Origin: Chiloscyllium plagiosum
Taxonomy: Eukaryota
Direction: 5' to 3'
Length of the DNA: 64,000 bases
Assembly: GCF_004010195.1 (NCBI RefSeq)
Contig: NC_057719.1
Coordinates: 70,606,692-70,670,691 of the forward strand
Shown: piece by piece, positions 1 to 12,773 of the stretch
Layout of the letters: each line of letters opens with the position of its first letter
Numbering within the stretch: position 1 is the first letter of the stretch
The notes under the pieces: generated by a model
The model's database searches: none
Told to the model about the DNA's origin: nothing
The model's input: only the letters and a program-made list of their open reading frames with translations
Translations under genes and position numbers: made by a program

Positions 1-1588
1 TTTTGTCCTTAATATATTTGTAAAAACCCTTTGGATTCTCCTTAATTCTATTTGCCAAAGCTATCTCATGTCCCTGTTTTGCCCTCCTGATTTCCCTCTT
101 AAGTATACTCCTACTGCTTTTATATTCTTCTAAGGATTCACTTGATCTATTCTGTCTGTACCTGACATATACTTCCTTCTTTTTCTTTCGTCATCCAGAA
201 TTCCCTATACCTACCAGCCTTTCCTTTCACCCTAACAGGAATATACTTTCTCTGGATTCTCGTTATCTCAATTCTGAAGGCTTCCCATTTTCCAGCCGTC
301 CCTTTACCTGCGAACATCTGCCCCCAGTCAACTTTTGAATGTTCTTGCCTAATACCATTAAAATTGGCCTTTCTCCAATTTAGAACTTCAATTGTTAGAT
401 CTGGTCTGTCCTTTTCCATCACTATTTTAAAACTAACAAAATTATGGGTGCTGGCCCCAATGTGGTCTCCACCTGACACCTTAGTCATCTGCTCTGCCTT
501 ATTTCCCAAGAGCAGGTCAAGTTTTGCACCTTCTCTCGTAGGTACATCCACATACTGACTCAGAAAAGTTTCTTTTACACACTTAACAAATTCCTCTCCA
601 TCTAAACCCTTAACACTATGGCAGTCCCAGTCTATGTTTGGAAAGTTAAAATCCCCTACCATAACTACCCTATTATTCTTACAGATAGCTGAGATCACCT
701 TACAAGTTTGTTTCTCAATTTCCCTCTGACTATTAGGGGGTCAATAATACAATCCCAATAAGGTGATCATCCCTTTTTTTATTTCTCAGTTCCATCCAAA
801 TTACTTCCCTGGATGTATTTCTAGGAATATCCCCCCTCAATACAGTTGTAATGCCACTCCCCCTCCTCTCTTGCCTCCCTTTCTATACTTCCTGTAGCAT
901 TTGTATCCTGGAACATTAAGCTGCCAGACCTGCCCATCCCTCAGCCATGTTTCTGTAATTACTATGATATCCCAGTCCCATGTTCCTAACCATGCCCTGA
1001 GTTCATCTGCCTTCCCTTGCATTGAAATAAATGCAGTCTAATTAATTAATCCTACCTTGTCCCTGCATGCCCTGACTCTTTGACTCGCTTCTGTTCTCAA
1101 CTGTTCCAGTCTCAGATTGATCTCTTTCCTCACTATCTCCCTGGGTCCCACCCCCCCACCTTACTAGTTTAAATCCTCCCGAGCAGCTCTAGCAAATCTC
1201 ACTACCAGTATATTGGTCCCCTTCCAATTTAGGTGCAATCCGTCCTTCTTGTACAGGTCACTTCCACCCCAAAAGAGATTCCAATGATCCAAAAATGTGA
1301 ATCCTTCTCCCCATACACCAGCTCCTCAGCCACGCATTCATCTGTTCTATCCTCCTATTCCTGCCCTCACTAGCTCGTAGCACTTGGAATAATCCAGATT
1401 TACTACTCTCGAGGGCCTCCTTTTTAAATTTCTGCCTAACTTTCTGTAATCTCCCTTCAGAATCTCAACCTTTTCCCTTCCTATGTTGTACATATGACCT
1501 CTTGCTGCCCCTCTCCCCTGTGAGAACATTCTGCACCCTCTCTGCGACATCCTTGATCCTGGCACCAGGGAAGCAACACACCATTCTG
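1..1588 (-). mobile_element. CR1-clade LINE fragment (end of ORF1 plus ORF2 AP-endonuclease), degenerate, runs off the window start
   Basis: Minus ORFs 837-1022 (WDIIVITETWL...RKGGKRGGGVAL) and 147-698 (VVMVGDFNFPNIDW...LDLLLGN) carry APE motifs. 1347-1590 gives SGNH-esterase-like ORF1 residues. Frameshifts and stops are present. Confidence 0.9.
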
Positions 1589-1589
1589 T

Positions 1590-3425
1590 TTTTTGCTGCA
1601 TGTAGGTATCGGCTGCTTTAGTATCTGAGGTGTTGTGAATGATGCTGAACATTGTACAGTCATCAGTGGACAACCCAACTTCTGACCTTTTGATGGAGAA
1701 AAGGTCATTGATGAAGCAGCTGAACATGGTTAATCTAAGGACCCTACCTTGAGGATCTCATGCAGAAATGTCCTCTGGCTCAAATGATCGGTTTCCAATA
1801 GCCACAATTATCTTCCTTTGTATAAGGAAAGATTCCAATCAGGAGAGAGGTTGTCCTCTGATTCTCATTGACACCTGTTTTGCTTGGGCTTCTTTTTGCC
1901 ATATTCAGTTGAATGCTATGTTGATGTCAAGGACAGTTTCCCTCACCCCACTTTGGGAGGTCTGATCTGTTCATGTTTGGACCAAGGTTGTAGTTACTTT
2001 CGGAGCCAAGTAGCCTTGGTAAAACCCAAACTAAGCTTCAGTGAGCAGGTTTCTTCTTTACAAATTCCACTTGATAGGACATAGGTCAGTATAGGACCCA
2101 TTCCATTACCTTGGTGATTGAGAGTCGACTGATAGGGTGGTAATTGGCCTCGATGTGTCCTGCTTTTTGTGCACAGAATAATGCTGGATAGTTTTCTCCA
2201 TTGTCAGGTATGTTTTGTTGTAGTAATGACTATACTGGAATAGCTTGGTCAAGGACATCGCTAATTCTGGAACATAAATCTTCAGTGCTATTGCCAGAAT
2301 GTTGTCAGGCCCCATAACCTTTGCAGTATTCAATGTCTTCAGCTGTTTCTTGATGCCATATGGAGCAAATCCAATTGGTGAAATGCTGAAATCTGTGGTT
2401 CTGGGAACCTCTGGAGGAGGCTGAGATAGATCATTCACTTGGGACCTCTGACTGAAGGTTGTTTTAGATACTTCCATCTCAACTTTTGAATTGGGATGTT
2501 GGGTTCCCCCATCCTTGGGGGTGGAGATATTTGTGAAGCTGCCTCCACCAGTGAGTGATTTAATTGACCTCCACCACAATTCACATCTGTATGTGGCAAG
2601 ATTGTTCCATATACATACACATTAGATTTGATCCATTGGTTGTGAAATTGGTGAGCTCGGTTTTGTTACTTGTTGCTTATGCTGTTTGGTATACAAGTAG
2701 TCCTGCTTTGTAACTTCACTAGGTTGATACTTCATTTTTTTGGTTTCCCTGGTACTGCTCCTGGCGTGCCCTCCTACACTCTTCATTGAACAATGGTTGA
2801 TTTTCTGACTTGATAGCAACTATACTGTGGGGGTTATAGTGTGACTGCAAGATTAAACATTGTGTTTAAGATTAATTCTGCTGCTATTGATGGCCCCTAG
2901 CACCTTGGTTTTGAGTTGCCACATCTGTTTGAAGCCTATCCCATTTACACAGTGGTAGTTCCACACAACACAATGGAGATTTCATCAATGTGAAGATGGG
3001 ACTTTGTTGCCACAAGGACAGTGCTCTGGTAACTTATCTTGCTACTACCATGGGCAGGCACATCTGTGGCAAACAGATTGGTGTGGATGTGGGGATTAGA
3101 TTTTCCCTCATGTTGGTTCCTTCACTTCCTGCAGAGCCAGTCAAAGAGCTATGTCCTTTCGGAATTGACCAGCTTTTTTCTTAAACAAGTCACTCTTAGT
3201 TATGGACATTGATGCCCCATACCGACAGAATCACCATTATTATAGTGCAGAAGGAGGTCATTCAGCCCATCGTGCCTACACCAACTGTATTATTTGGTAA
3301 CAATATCCTAGCTCCTACCATAACCCTGTATACCAATACTATCCAAAGTATACAGTATATTCTGTGCCCTTGCTGTCCTCCAAGTGGTATTTAACAAGGA
3401 GAGCTGATTCATCAGCTGAGCAGAT
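1590..3425 (-). mobile_element. Older degenerate non-LTR retrotransposon (CR1/L2-like RT region) of a second family
   Basis: Minus ORFs contain FSCFINDL...TDDCTMF (RT core) and LKTLNTAKVMGPDNI...LTKLFQYS. Heavily disrupted. Confidence 0.7.
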
Positions 3426-4265
3426 GTGCTAGGTGCTAATGTGCAGGAAATAGGAGTTGATGGGAAGGGTGAGGGCAGTATTAAATTAAAAATACTATAC
3501 ATGAATGCACGAAGCATTAGAAATAAGATGGATGAGCTTGAGGCTCTTTTGGAAATTGGCAGATACGATATTGTGGGGATAACTGAGATGTGGCTTCAAG
3601 TGGACAGGGCCTGGGAAATGAATATTCAAGGCTACATGTGCTATCGTAAGGACAGACTGACAGGCAGAGGGGGTGGGGTGGCCCTGTTGGTAAGGGATGA
3701 TGTTCAGTCCCTTGCGCGGGGGGACAGAGAATCAGGGGATGCAGAGTCAGTGTGGATAGAGCTGAGAAATACTAAGGGTAAAAAGATCCTCTTGGGAGTT
3801 ATCTACAGGCCCCCAAATAGTAGTCTGGATGTCGGATGTCAGTTGAATCAGGAGCTGAAATTGGCTTGTCGCAAAGATGTTACTACAGTTGTTATGGGGG
3901 ATTTCAACATGCACGTAGACTGGGAGAATCAGGATGGTATTGAACCTCAAGAAAGAGACTTTGTGGAGTGCCTCAGAGATGGATTCTTAGAACAGCTGGT
4001 GCTGGAGCCGACCAGGGAGAAGGCAATTCTGGATCTGGTATTGTGCAATGAACCAGAATTGGTCAGGGACCTCGAAGTGAAGGAGCCATTGGGAAGTAGT
4101 GACCATAATACAATAAGCTCCAATCTGCAATTTGAGAGGGAGAGGGTACAGTCGGAAGTGACAGTACTTCTGTTGAATAAAGGGAACTATGGAGCTATGA
4201 GGGAGGAGCTGGCCAAAGTTCAATGGCGCAATACCTTAGCAGGGATGACAGTGGAGGAACAATGG
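3426..4265 (+). mobile_element. CR1 LINE ORF2 AP-endonuclease domain, uninterrupted for about 280 codons
   Basis: ORF 3426-4388 contains YMNARSIRNK, VGITEMWL, GGGVAL, GVIYRPP, MGDFN, LDLVL and SDHN. Homology ends near 4265, where the frame reads into an unrelated repeat. Confidence 0.92.
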
Positions 4266-4640
4266 ATGCTCTGTAGCGGCAGTATGCACCATCAGAAAAA
4301 TGCACTACACCAACTCACCAAGGCTCCTTCAACAGCACCTTCCAAACCTGCAATCTCTACCATCTTGAAGCATCAGTGCAGCAAATAAATGGCGAAACCT
4401 TCACCTGCAAGTTTCCCTCAAAACCACACAGCATCCTGACTATATCACTGTTGCTTCTCAGTCACTGGGTGAAATTCCTGGAACTCCCTCCTTAACAGCA
4501 TTGTCTGTGTACCTACATCCCAAAGCATATAGACACTCCTGAAGGCAGCTCAGCACCACCTTCTCCAGGACAATCTGGTTTGGCTACTCAATATTGGCCT
4601 AGCGAGCGATGCCCGTATGACATGAACAGCTAAAACAAAA
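4266..4640 (+). mobile_element. 3' end of an older L2/CR1-like LINE
   Basis: Contains caactcaccaaggctccttcaacagcaccttccaaacc...tggaactccctccttaacagcattg. A similar 3' end recurs at about 6940-7140. Confidence 0.55.
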
Positions 4641-4967
4641 CTCCAATCACGCAGCATTCAGAGAGTGATCTTAACAACTAAAGAGTTCCTGCTTTGCTGT
4701 GATGCTTATGATAAAAAACATTCTATGTAAGTCACTTCTTTATTTTAAGTAATATCTCAAAATCTCTCGTCACCACAGGATCATAGATATATTACAGTTC
4801 AGAAGGATGCCATTCAGCCGCTCTTGTCTGCACCAGCTCTCTGAGCAGGTACTTCACCTTGCACCATTTCCCTGCCTTCTCTTCATAAACCTACACATTA
4901 ATTTCTATTTGGAAACCTCCTCTGATTCTGTCTAACGCACTTCCAGGCAGTGTACTCCACATTCTGG

Positions 4968-6274
4968 ATAGTAGTAACAGGATAGGTCAGAGTCAGTATG
5001 GATTTATGAAGGGGAAATCATGCTTGACTAATCTTCTTGAATTTTTTGAGGATGTAACTCTGAAGATGGATGAGGGAGATCCAGTAGATGTAGTGTACCT
5101 GGACTTTCAGAAAGCTTTTGATAAAGTCCCACATAGGAGGTGAGTGAGCAAAATTAGGGTGCATGGTATTGGGGGCAAAGTACTAACTTGGAGTGAAAGT
5201 TGGTTGGCTGATAGGAAACAAAGAGTAGTGATAAACGGCTCCATTTTGGAATGGCAGGCAGTGACCAGTGGGGTACCGCAGGCATCAGTACTGGGACCGC
5301 AGCTTTTTACAATATATGTTAATGATATAGAAGATGGTATTAGCAATAACATTAGCAAATTTGCTGATGATACTAAGCTGGGTGGCAAGGTGAAATGTGA
5401 TGAGGATGCTAGGAGATTAGAGGGTGACCTGGACAAGTTAAGTGAGTGGTCAGATGCATGGCAGATGCAGTTTAATGTGGATAAATGTATGGTTATCCAC
5501 TTTGGTGGCAAGAACAGGAAGGCAGATTACTACCTAAATGGAATCAATTTAGGTAAAGAGATCTGGGTGTTCTTGCACACCAGTCAATGAAGGTAAGCAT
5601 ACAGGTACAGCAGGTAGTGAAGAAGGCGAATAGCATGCTGGCCTTCATAACAAGAGGAATTGAGTATAGAAGCAAAGAGGTGCTTCTGCAGCTGTACAGG
5701 GCCCTGGTGAGCCCTCACCTGGAGTACTGTGTGCAGTTCTGGTCTCCAAATTTGAGGAAAGACATTCTGGCTATTCAGTGAGTGCCGTGTAGGTTCACGA
5801 GGTCAATTCCTGGAATGGCGGGATTACCTTACTCTGAAAGACTGGAGCGACTGGGCTTGTATACCCTTGAGTTTAGAAGACTGAGAGGGGACCTGATAGA
5901 GACATTTAAGATTATTAAAGGATTGGACACTCTGGAGGCAGGAAACATGTTTCCGCTGATGGGCGAGTGCCAAACCAGAGGACACAGCTTAAAAATATGG
6001 GGTAAACCATTTAGGACAGAGATGAGGAGAAAATTCTTCACCCAGAGAGTGGTGGCTGTGTGGAATGCTCTGCCCCAGAGGGCAGTGGAGGCCCAGTCTC
6101 TGGATTCATTTAAGAAAGAGCTGGATAGAGGTCTCAAGGATAGTGGAAGCAAGGGTTATGGAGATAAGGCAGGAACAGGATACCGATTAAGGATGATCAG
6201 CCATGCTCATATTGAATGGTGGTGCAGGCTCGAAGGGCAGAATGGCCTACTCCTGCACCTATTGTCTATTGTCT
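4968..6274 (+). mobile_element. CR1 (HER1-like) LINE, 3' part of RT and tail
   Basis: VTSGVPQASVLGP...FADDTKL, LVSPHLEYCVQFWSP and RRLRGDLIETFKI. Ends in a (ctattgt)n tail. Confidence 0.93.
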
Positions 6275-6930
6275 AAATATCCTTGTCCATGTTAGATCGG
6301 ATGCCTTGAGGGTTGAAGTGGTCCAAAATCAATTTTGAATATACCCAGGGCACCTCTTTCCCAGTTGAGCTATTATGCTGCTGGGGTAAAACATATGCAG
6401 GGATTAAGATGAGAGTATCTGGGATATTGTGTGTTAGGTATGATTCAGTGAGCAGACTGTCATGTTGTTGCTTAGCCTGTTTGTGGGGCAGCTCTCATAA
6501 TTTGGCACAAACCTCCCAATGTTAGGAAAGAAGACTCAGTATGGGTAACAGGTTTTCTGTTGTCATTTCTGTGTCAAGGTTGATGTCAGCTGTTCTGTTC
6601 TATTTCATTTGTTTCTTCAGTCTTTATAGCAGTTGAGATAATGAATAGTTTGCTAGACCACTTCAGAGGCAGTTTAGAGTCTACAACATTGCTGTGTATC
6701 TTCAATCATATGTAGGCCAGAGTAGGTAAGGATGGCAGATTTCTGTCCCAAAAAGACATTGGTGAACCAGCTGCATTTTTATGACAATCAACAGTGGCTA
6801 CTTAGTCACCATTGAGCTAATCTTTCATTCCCAGGTTTTATCGCATTCAAATTTGGGACTCAAACTAATGTCCCCAGAAGAGCAGCCTGAGTTCCACGTC
6901 ATTTTTCCAATGACATTAACATAAAATTAA
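6275..6930 (-). mobile_element. Probable 5'-ward continuation of the older LINE at 1590-3425
   Basis: Degenerate endonuclease-region-like sequence. The segment gtcacatgtaggccag...gatggcagattt recurs at about 60170-60490. Confidence 0.45.
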
Positions 6931-9900
6931 TTTCTATCACCATGAAATATCGCCATTCCTTCACTGTTGTTTGAACGAAATCATACAACTCCCTTATTTA
7001 CAGTACTGCCTGTCTCCTGCACTCATTGGACTACAGCAGTTCAAGAAGCTGGCTCATTACCACTTTCTCAACAGCAATTAGGAATCAACGATAAATATTG
7101 GTGGAGCCAGTGACACACATGTCCTGCAACCAAAACAGAAACAGCTAAAAACTTCAGATCAGTCGTCTCTCAATCAGCATGTTCCGTTGATTGCCAAGTG
7201 TAGAACTGAAATAGCAAACTGCCAATGACAGGCATCACTTCACACATTTAATTTTATGAATTATTTATGATGCTAAATAAAAAGCGTGATGCATCAAATA
7301 AGATCATTAAACCTTCATGAATCCATGCCTTACAATCATTCAGTCTGTATACTGCTATTCTCCCTCACTGCGAATTACCTAGAAGATTGTATTATTTCAA
7401 TTTGGTTCTGTGTTGTTGGAATATTGGACCTTGACCTCTCATTAGACTTCACTCAGGTTCATTTTATTCATCATAAAATGCATCAATTTAAATTGAGAAT
7501 TGTAGCCTGCAGAAGTATCAATAGTCTGAGTAAATTTTTTCTGAAGCAATCATAAGCTTACTCAATGTGTAAAATATATTGGCAAATGAGATTAAATAAT
7601 AGTTAATAATGTGGAAAAAGCATTTCCATTAAAAACTCAGTCAAAGAGCATGGACAGTCTATTTAATACCTGTAAGTAATTCATTATTCTACAAAATATT
7701 CAACAAACAGATTCTGTACTTCTTTCAGGAGTACTCTTTTAAGAGGAGTTACCACTTAATTTTTATCCATCTATTTCAAAATATTCTCAAATAAGAGAAT
7801 TGCTTGGTCCAAGTTACTAACAGGCTGATCTGACTTCCTTAACACTGCTTGTTCCTGATCCTGCATCATTTCCGTTAGTAATGGAATTAACAGTTTAGGG
7901 TTATATCTTAATGGAAATTTTGTGTAATTCATTAATTCAGGTGAACAAATTAACATGTGTATGTGTCCCTACCTCAGGGCCAGGAGGCCAGCATTCAAGT
8001 CCCACCTGCTCCAGAGATGTGTCAAAATGTCTAAAGTGCACATGAGAGAATTAAATTATTTCCCTAACCTTTGGCATTTTCTGTGTATTCCTGTATCTGT
8101 ACTCATGCCAGGGACTCATTTGTTATGAAAACACAAAAAAAGTGTGGAAATAGAAAATTAGAAACTATGGCAATACTTTGATGGAGCATTGCTCAATTTC
8201 CTGCCCATTTTCAGGATAAAAAGGATATATATATTTAAAAATCAGTGTGAAGCAAGAGAATTATGAATTGTAAAATTCACTGGAATTCAATGTTTGTCCT
8301 GCAAAATTTAAAATATTAAAAAAGATAATGCAACATTATAAATGTGTTGCTATGAATAATTAACATATCCTAATAAAATGAGTCCTGTACTATTACAAAA
8401 TTAATTCTAATATTTCAACAACTTTGTGAGTGTTTCAGAATTCTGTGAAACCTTTCACAAATGTGAAATAAGCATTAGTCAGAATATGCATTATTACTCT
8501 TCTATAGGTTCACCATGTTTTCTTTAATGTTTGTCAGAGAATATTCTAGGCTGAGGTTTGCTGACGGAAGTGAAGCAACAGTGCCCACTACTGACATCAA
8601 CAAAGGGTGCCCAAGCAAGTTTGGTCAATGTCTTTTGCAGGAATTCCTCATTTTCTGACGTCAGTTTGAATATGATTCTAATTCCAGGTAATTCCAGGTA
8701 TATAACAATGGTGATGATGACGTCAGAGTAAACAGCCAATCACAGTAAAGAATTCTGACAGAAATTTTAAACTATTAGTTGCATTTACTATGAATTTTAA
8801 ATAATGCAATAACTGTGATGTGTGCCTTGAATTAAGATAGAAGCTAATATTGTTGAGTAGTGCTGCCATTCAATAGGGTTGGGAAATTGGGAGCCTTCTT
8901 CAAGAGAGATTTAATAGTTCCAGCCACAGTTTAGACTATGGTTAAAATTACCACCACGCCCACTCCAGTTACAGGCTCCGCCCCCACTCCCAACTCCACA
9001 CTACACCAGGTCCTAGCTCCCAACCTTGCTGAGTTTTCACCATTTTCACCATTCCCCCCAGACCTCCCCCTCGCTGAGGACTAATGATCAGTCCTCAGCA
9101 AAGGCCTGACCTTTATTTCCCTCAGCCCTCGCATTAATGAATTTAATACACGTCGTGACGTCAAATACTTCTTCCACCGCCTCTGCCTCCGAGTTTATAT
9201 TTTCAATCAGGACTCCTGCCCACCTTCCGAGGACGCCTTTGCCCGCCTCCAGCACACTCCATCCACCTGGACACCCCATGCTTGCCTGTTACTCGCCCTC
9301 GATCTCTTCATTTCCAACTGCGGCCAAGACATTAACTGCCTCAATCAGTCCACACCCATCGCCCTGTCCAACTTCCCATCCCCATAATGCGCTGCCCTCC
9401 ACTCCCTCTGCTCCAATCCCAACCTCACCATCAAACCAGCAGATAAAAAGGGGTGCAGTGATAGTTTGGTGCACTAACCTCTATACCGCCGAAGCCAGGT
9501 GCCAATTCAAAGAACCTCCTCTTACTGCCCCCTCGGCCATGACCCCACCCCCCATCACCAAACCATCATCTCCCAGACCATACACAACCTCACCACCTCA
9601 GGAGGTCTCCCACCCACAGCTTCCAAACTCATAGTCTGAGAACCCCACTCCGCCCGACTCTACCTTCTTCCCAAGATCCACAAGCCTGACCACACAGGCC
9701 GACCCATTGTCTCCACCTACCTCAATACTGTCCTATCCCCCCTAGACCAGGAACTCCCCACATACGTTTGAGTCGCCACCCATGCCTTCCACCTCCTCCA
9801 AGACTTCAATTTCCCTGGCCCCCAATGCCATACCTTCAACATGGACATCTAATTCCTCTACACCTCCATCCATCATGACTAGGCCTCACTCTCATTTGTT

Positions 9901-10523
9901 TGGCTGAACTGGTCCTCACCCTTAACAATTTCTCCTTCAAATCCTCCCATTTCCTCTAGACCAAAGGGGTAGCCATGGGCATCCGCATGGGCCCCAGCTC
10001 TGTCTGTCTTTGTTGGCTACGTAGAACAGTCCATCTTCCATAGTTACACCATCACCACTCCCCACCTTTTCCTTTGCTACATTGATGACTGCATTGGTGC
10101 CACCTCGTGCTCCTGCGAGGAGGTTGAGCAATTCATCAACTTTACCAACACATTCCATCCTGGCCTTAAATTCACCTGGACCATCTCTGACACCCCTTTC
10201 CCCTTCGTGGACCTCTCCATCTCCATCAATGATGACCGACTTAACACTGACAGTTTTTACAAACCCACTGACTCCCACAGAGACCTGGATTGCACCTCTT
10301 CCCACCCTACCTCCTGCAAAAATGCTATCCCATATTCCCACTTCCTCCGTCTCCGCCGTATCTGTTCCCAGGAGGACCAGTTCCACCACAGAACACACCA
10401 GATGGCCACCTTCGTTAAAGACCAGAATTTCCCTTCCCACGTGGTTGAAGATGCCTTCCAACGCATCTCATCCACATCCCGCACCTCCACCCTCAAACCC
10501 CACCCCTCCAACCGCAACAAGGA

Positions 10524-11120
10524 NNNNNNNNNNNNNNNNNNNNNNNNNNNNNNNNNNNNNNNNNNNNNNNNNNNNNNNNNNNNNNNNNNNNNNNNNNNNN
10601 NNNNNNNNNNNNNNNNNNNNNNNNNNNNNNNNNNNNNNNNNNNNNNNNNNNNNNNNNNNNNNNNNNNNNNNNNNNNNNNNNNNNNNNNNNNNNNNNNNNN
10701 NNNNNNNNNNNNNNNNNNNNNNNNNNNNNNNNNNNNNNNNNNNNNNNNNNNNNNNNNNNNNNNNNNNNNNNNNNNNNNNNNNNNNNNNNNNNNNNNNNNN
10801 NNNNNNNNNNNNNNNNNNNNNNNNNNNNNNNNNNNNNNNNNNNNNNNNNNNNNNNNNNNNNNNNNNNNNNNNNNNNNNNNNNNNNNNNNNNNNNNNNNNN
10901 NNNNNNNNNNNNNNNNNNNNNNNNNNNNNNNNNNNNNNNNNNNNNNNNNNNNNNNNNNNNNNNNNNNNNNNNNNNNNNNNNNNNNNNNNNNNNNNNNNNN
11001 NNNNNNNNNNNNNNNNNNNNNNNNNNNNNNNNNNNNNNNNNNNNNNNNNNNNNNNNNNNNNNNNNNNNNNNNNNNNNNNNNNNNNNNNNNNNNNNNNNNN
11101 NNNNNNNNNNNNNNNNNNNN
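10524..11120. other. Assembly gap (N run)
   Basis: 597 N. Confidence 1.
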
Positions 11121-11174
11121 CTACCTTCCCACCAGCACCCCCCCCATTTACCTCTCCAGCCCAGAGGCTCCCTG

Positions 11175-11215
11175 CCTCATTCCTGATGAAGGGCTTTTGC
11201 CCGAAACTTCGATTC
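11175..11215 (+). ncRNA. Minimal hammerhead-ribozyme-like motif in the PLE terminal repeat
   Basis: CTGATGA (11183-11189), A, stem II GGGC-tttt-GCCC, then GAAAC (11203-11207). PLEs are known to carry minimal hammerheads. Activity is not shown. Confidence 0.65.
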
Positions 11216-12080
11216 TCCTGCTCCTCGGATACTGCCTGACCTGTTGTGCTTTTCCAGCACCACTCTAATCTAGACTATGGGTGAGCTTGAGACATGCTCC
11301 AATCCAAATTTGGCTACAAAATAGCTGAAGAATACATTCAGGAATTGTGGGACATTGTCCAAAATAACAACATCAGGGAGACTGTGTGTTACAAATATCT
11401 CATTGAAGGTGCCTCCATGGTAATCAGATGCAATTTGGTAACCATCATCAATCAGGAGAAATAATCAATAACAATCTTCCATCAAAGGCAAACAAATCCA
11501 TCCAAATGTTTCTAAGGACTTTTTGGGAATTTGGTAGGTACTCTTTTACTGGATTGTGGATGCTAATTGCCAATTAATCCCTCGATGGCCCAGGCGGTCC
11601 CAAGCCACCATACTGACATCTAATATCTGCCCTCACTTGGTGATTTTTAAATAACCCTTTATGTAAATTCCTCAAGGTGGCCTCTTAAAGTGAAACTGAG
11701 AAGAACAATCATCTGTCAACCACTTGTATGTCATCAACAAAGCCTCAAATGTTCTACTCCACCTACCCATCTGACAATGACTACATGAGAAGTCAGTAAT
11801 GTAAAAATGATTGTTTTGGCCCGTTTGAAACTGTTTAGGACATTGGCCAATAAAATGTTATAAGTTAACAAGTAACAGGTGCTCATAGTTAGATCTTTCA
11901 TTTTCATGTGTCAATTTAATATTGTCCTTATTCCAAACATGTTGATGGAAATGAAGTAGTGCCCTCTATCTGACATCTGAGATCTGAGGAAACAGTCATG
12001 ATGATACTGTGGTTAAGGTAAAAGTTGTCGTAGTCTTAACAAACCACAAAGCTGCTCACAGAGAGAACTAGTGGTGATTT

Positions 12081-12690
12081 TGATAAAGTATTGGGGAAAT
12101 AAAAGCTAAAATCATCCAGTTTGTAAGTCTCCATTTTGTTATAATAACTTGACTTTTAAAATGGCTAAGCACAGCGCACATGAGAACGGATTAAAGAATG
12201 CATGACTCTTGGCATAAGCTAGCATTAGTCTCTTTCCCAGACAGTTGTTATAACGTAATGACTAGAATACTGATTGTAACCTAAGTACTATCTGCATTGA
12301 CGTAAAAAGACACCACATTAATGGCATTGTTTAATCTATGTGAAACAAAACCAAAAGTATAAATTATCTCGTTCACATGCAATGACGCAAATAACAGCAC
12401 ATTAATAGCTTTATTCAACAATACTAAATGTGTTAGTTATCTAAAGGGAACCTAATTAATACAAGAAACATTATATGGTGGGAATTGGAGAAAAACGAGA
12501 TAATTACGTACATCAAGAGTATAAATTATGCTGCCTTTTTACTAAGCATTAGCGATCTGTTATTTGTATACTCAGAGATATCTATAATTGATAATCTGGA
12601 TTATTGACTATTGATCTCTCACCGGCTTAATTGCAATAGAATGTGTTTTTTTTGTAACTTACGTGTGGTCCGAGAATTTCTGAGTTAACA
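12081..12690 (+). repeat. ERV 5' LTR (610 bp)
   Basis: Starts tgataaagtattggggaaataaaagctaaaa and ends gaatttctgagttaaca. Aligns along its length with 16897-17469. TATAAA at 12520-12525. Confidence 0.95.
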
Positions 12691-12693
12691 TTT

Positions 12694-12707
12694 TGGTGCC
12701 GTGACTC
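12694..12707 (+). promoter_or_regulatory. Primer binding site complementary to tRNA-His (14 of 18 nt remain)
   Basis: TGGTGCCGTGACTC lies 3 nt after the LTR and matches the reverse complement of the tRNA-His(GUG) 3' end (TGGTGCCGTGACTCGGAT). Confidence 0.9.
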
Positions 12708-12773
12708 TTTTCTCCCAACAAAGGGAATGTTTCTTTAGGCTGAGGAAGTGGCCAAAAATCTGGAACGGACACT

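Larger units (their letters stand above)
8942..11270 (+). mobile_element. Penelope-like element (RT; GIY-YIG region probably in the N gap) with a 10-bp target-site duplication
   Basis: TIKPADK, LLPKIHKP...GRPIVS, KGVAMG, YIDD (about 10078-10089) and FYKPTDSH...HP..CKNAIPYS are PLE RT motifs. TAGACTATGG flanks it at 8932-8941 and 11271-11280. Confidence 0.9.

Noticed and set aside
3426..4388. 320-aa ORF as a host endonuclease gene
   Set aside because: It is a CR1 ORF2 APE domain with a chimeric tail and a non-ATG start.
7771..7956. Minus-strand 61-aa ORF that looks helical
   Set aside because: Short, with no recognisable family and no clear splice sites.
10082..11268. Long ORFs of 385 and 353 aa
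   Set aside because: Their length comes from reading through the N gap. The real part is PLE RT sequence.
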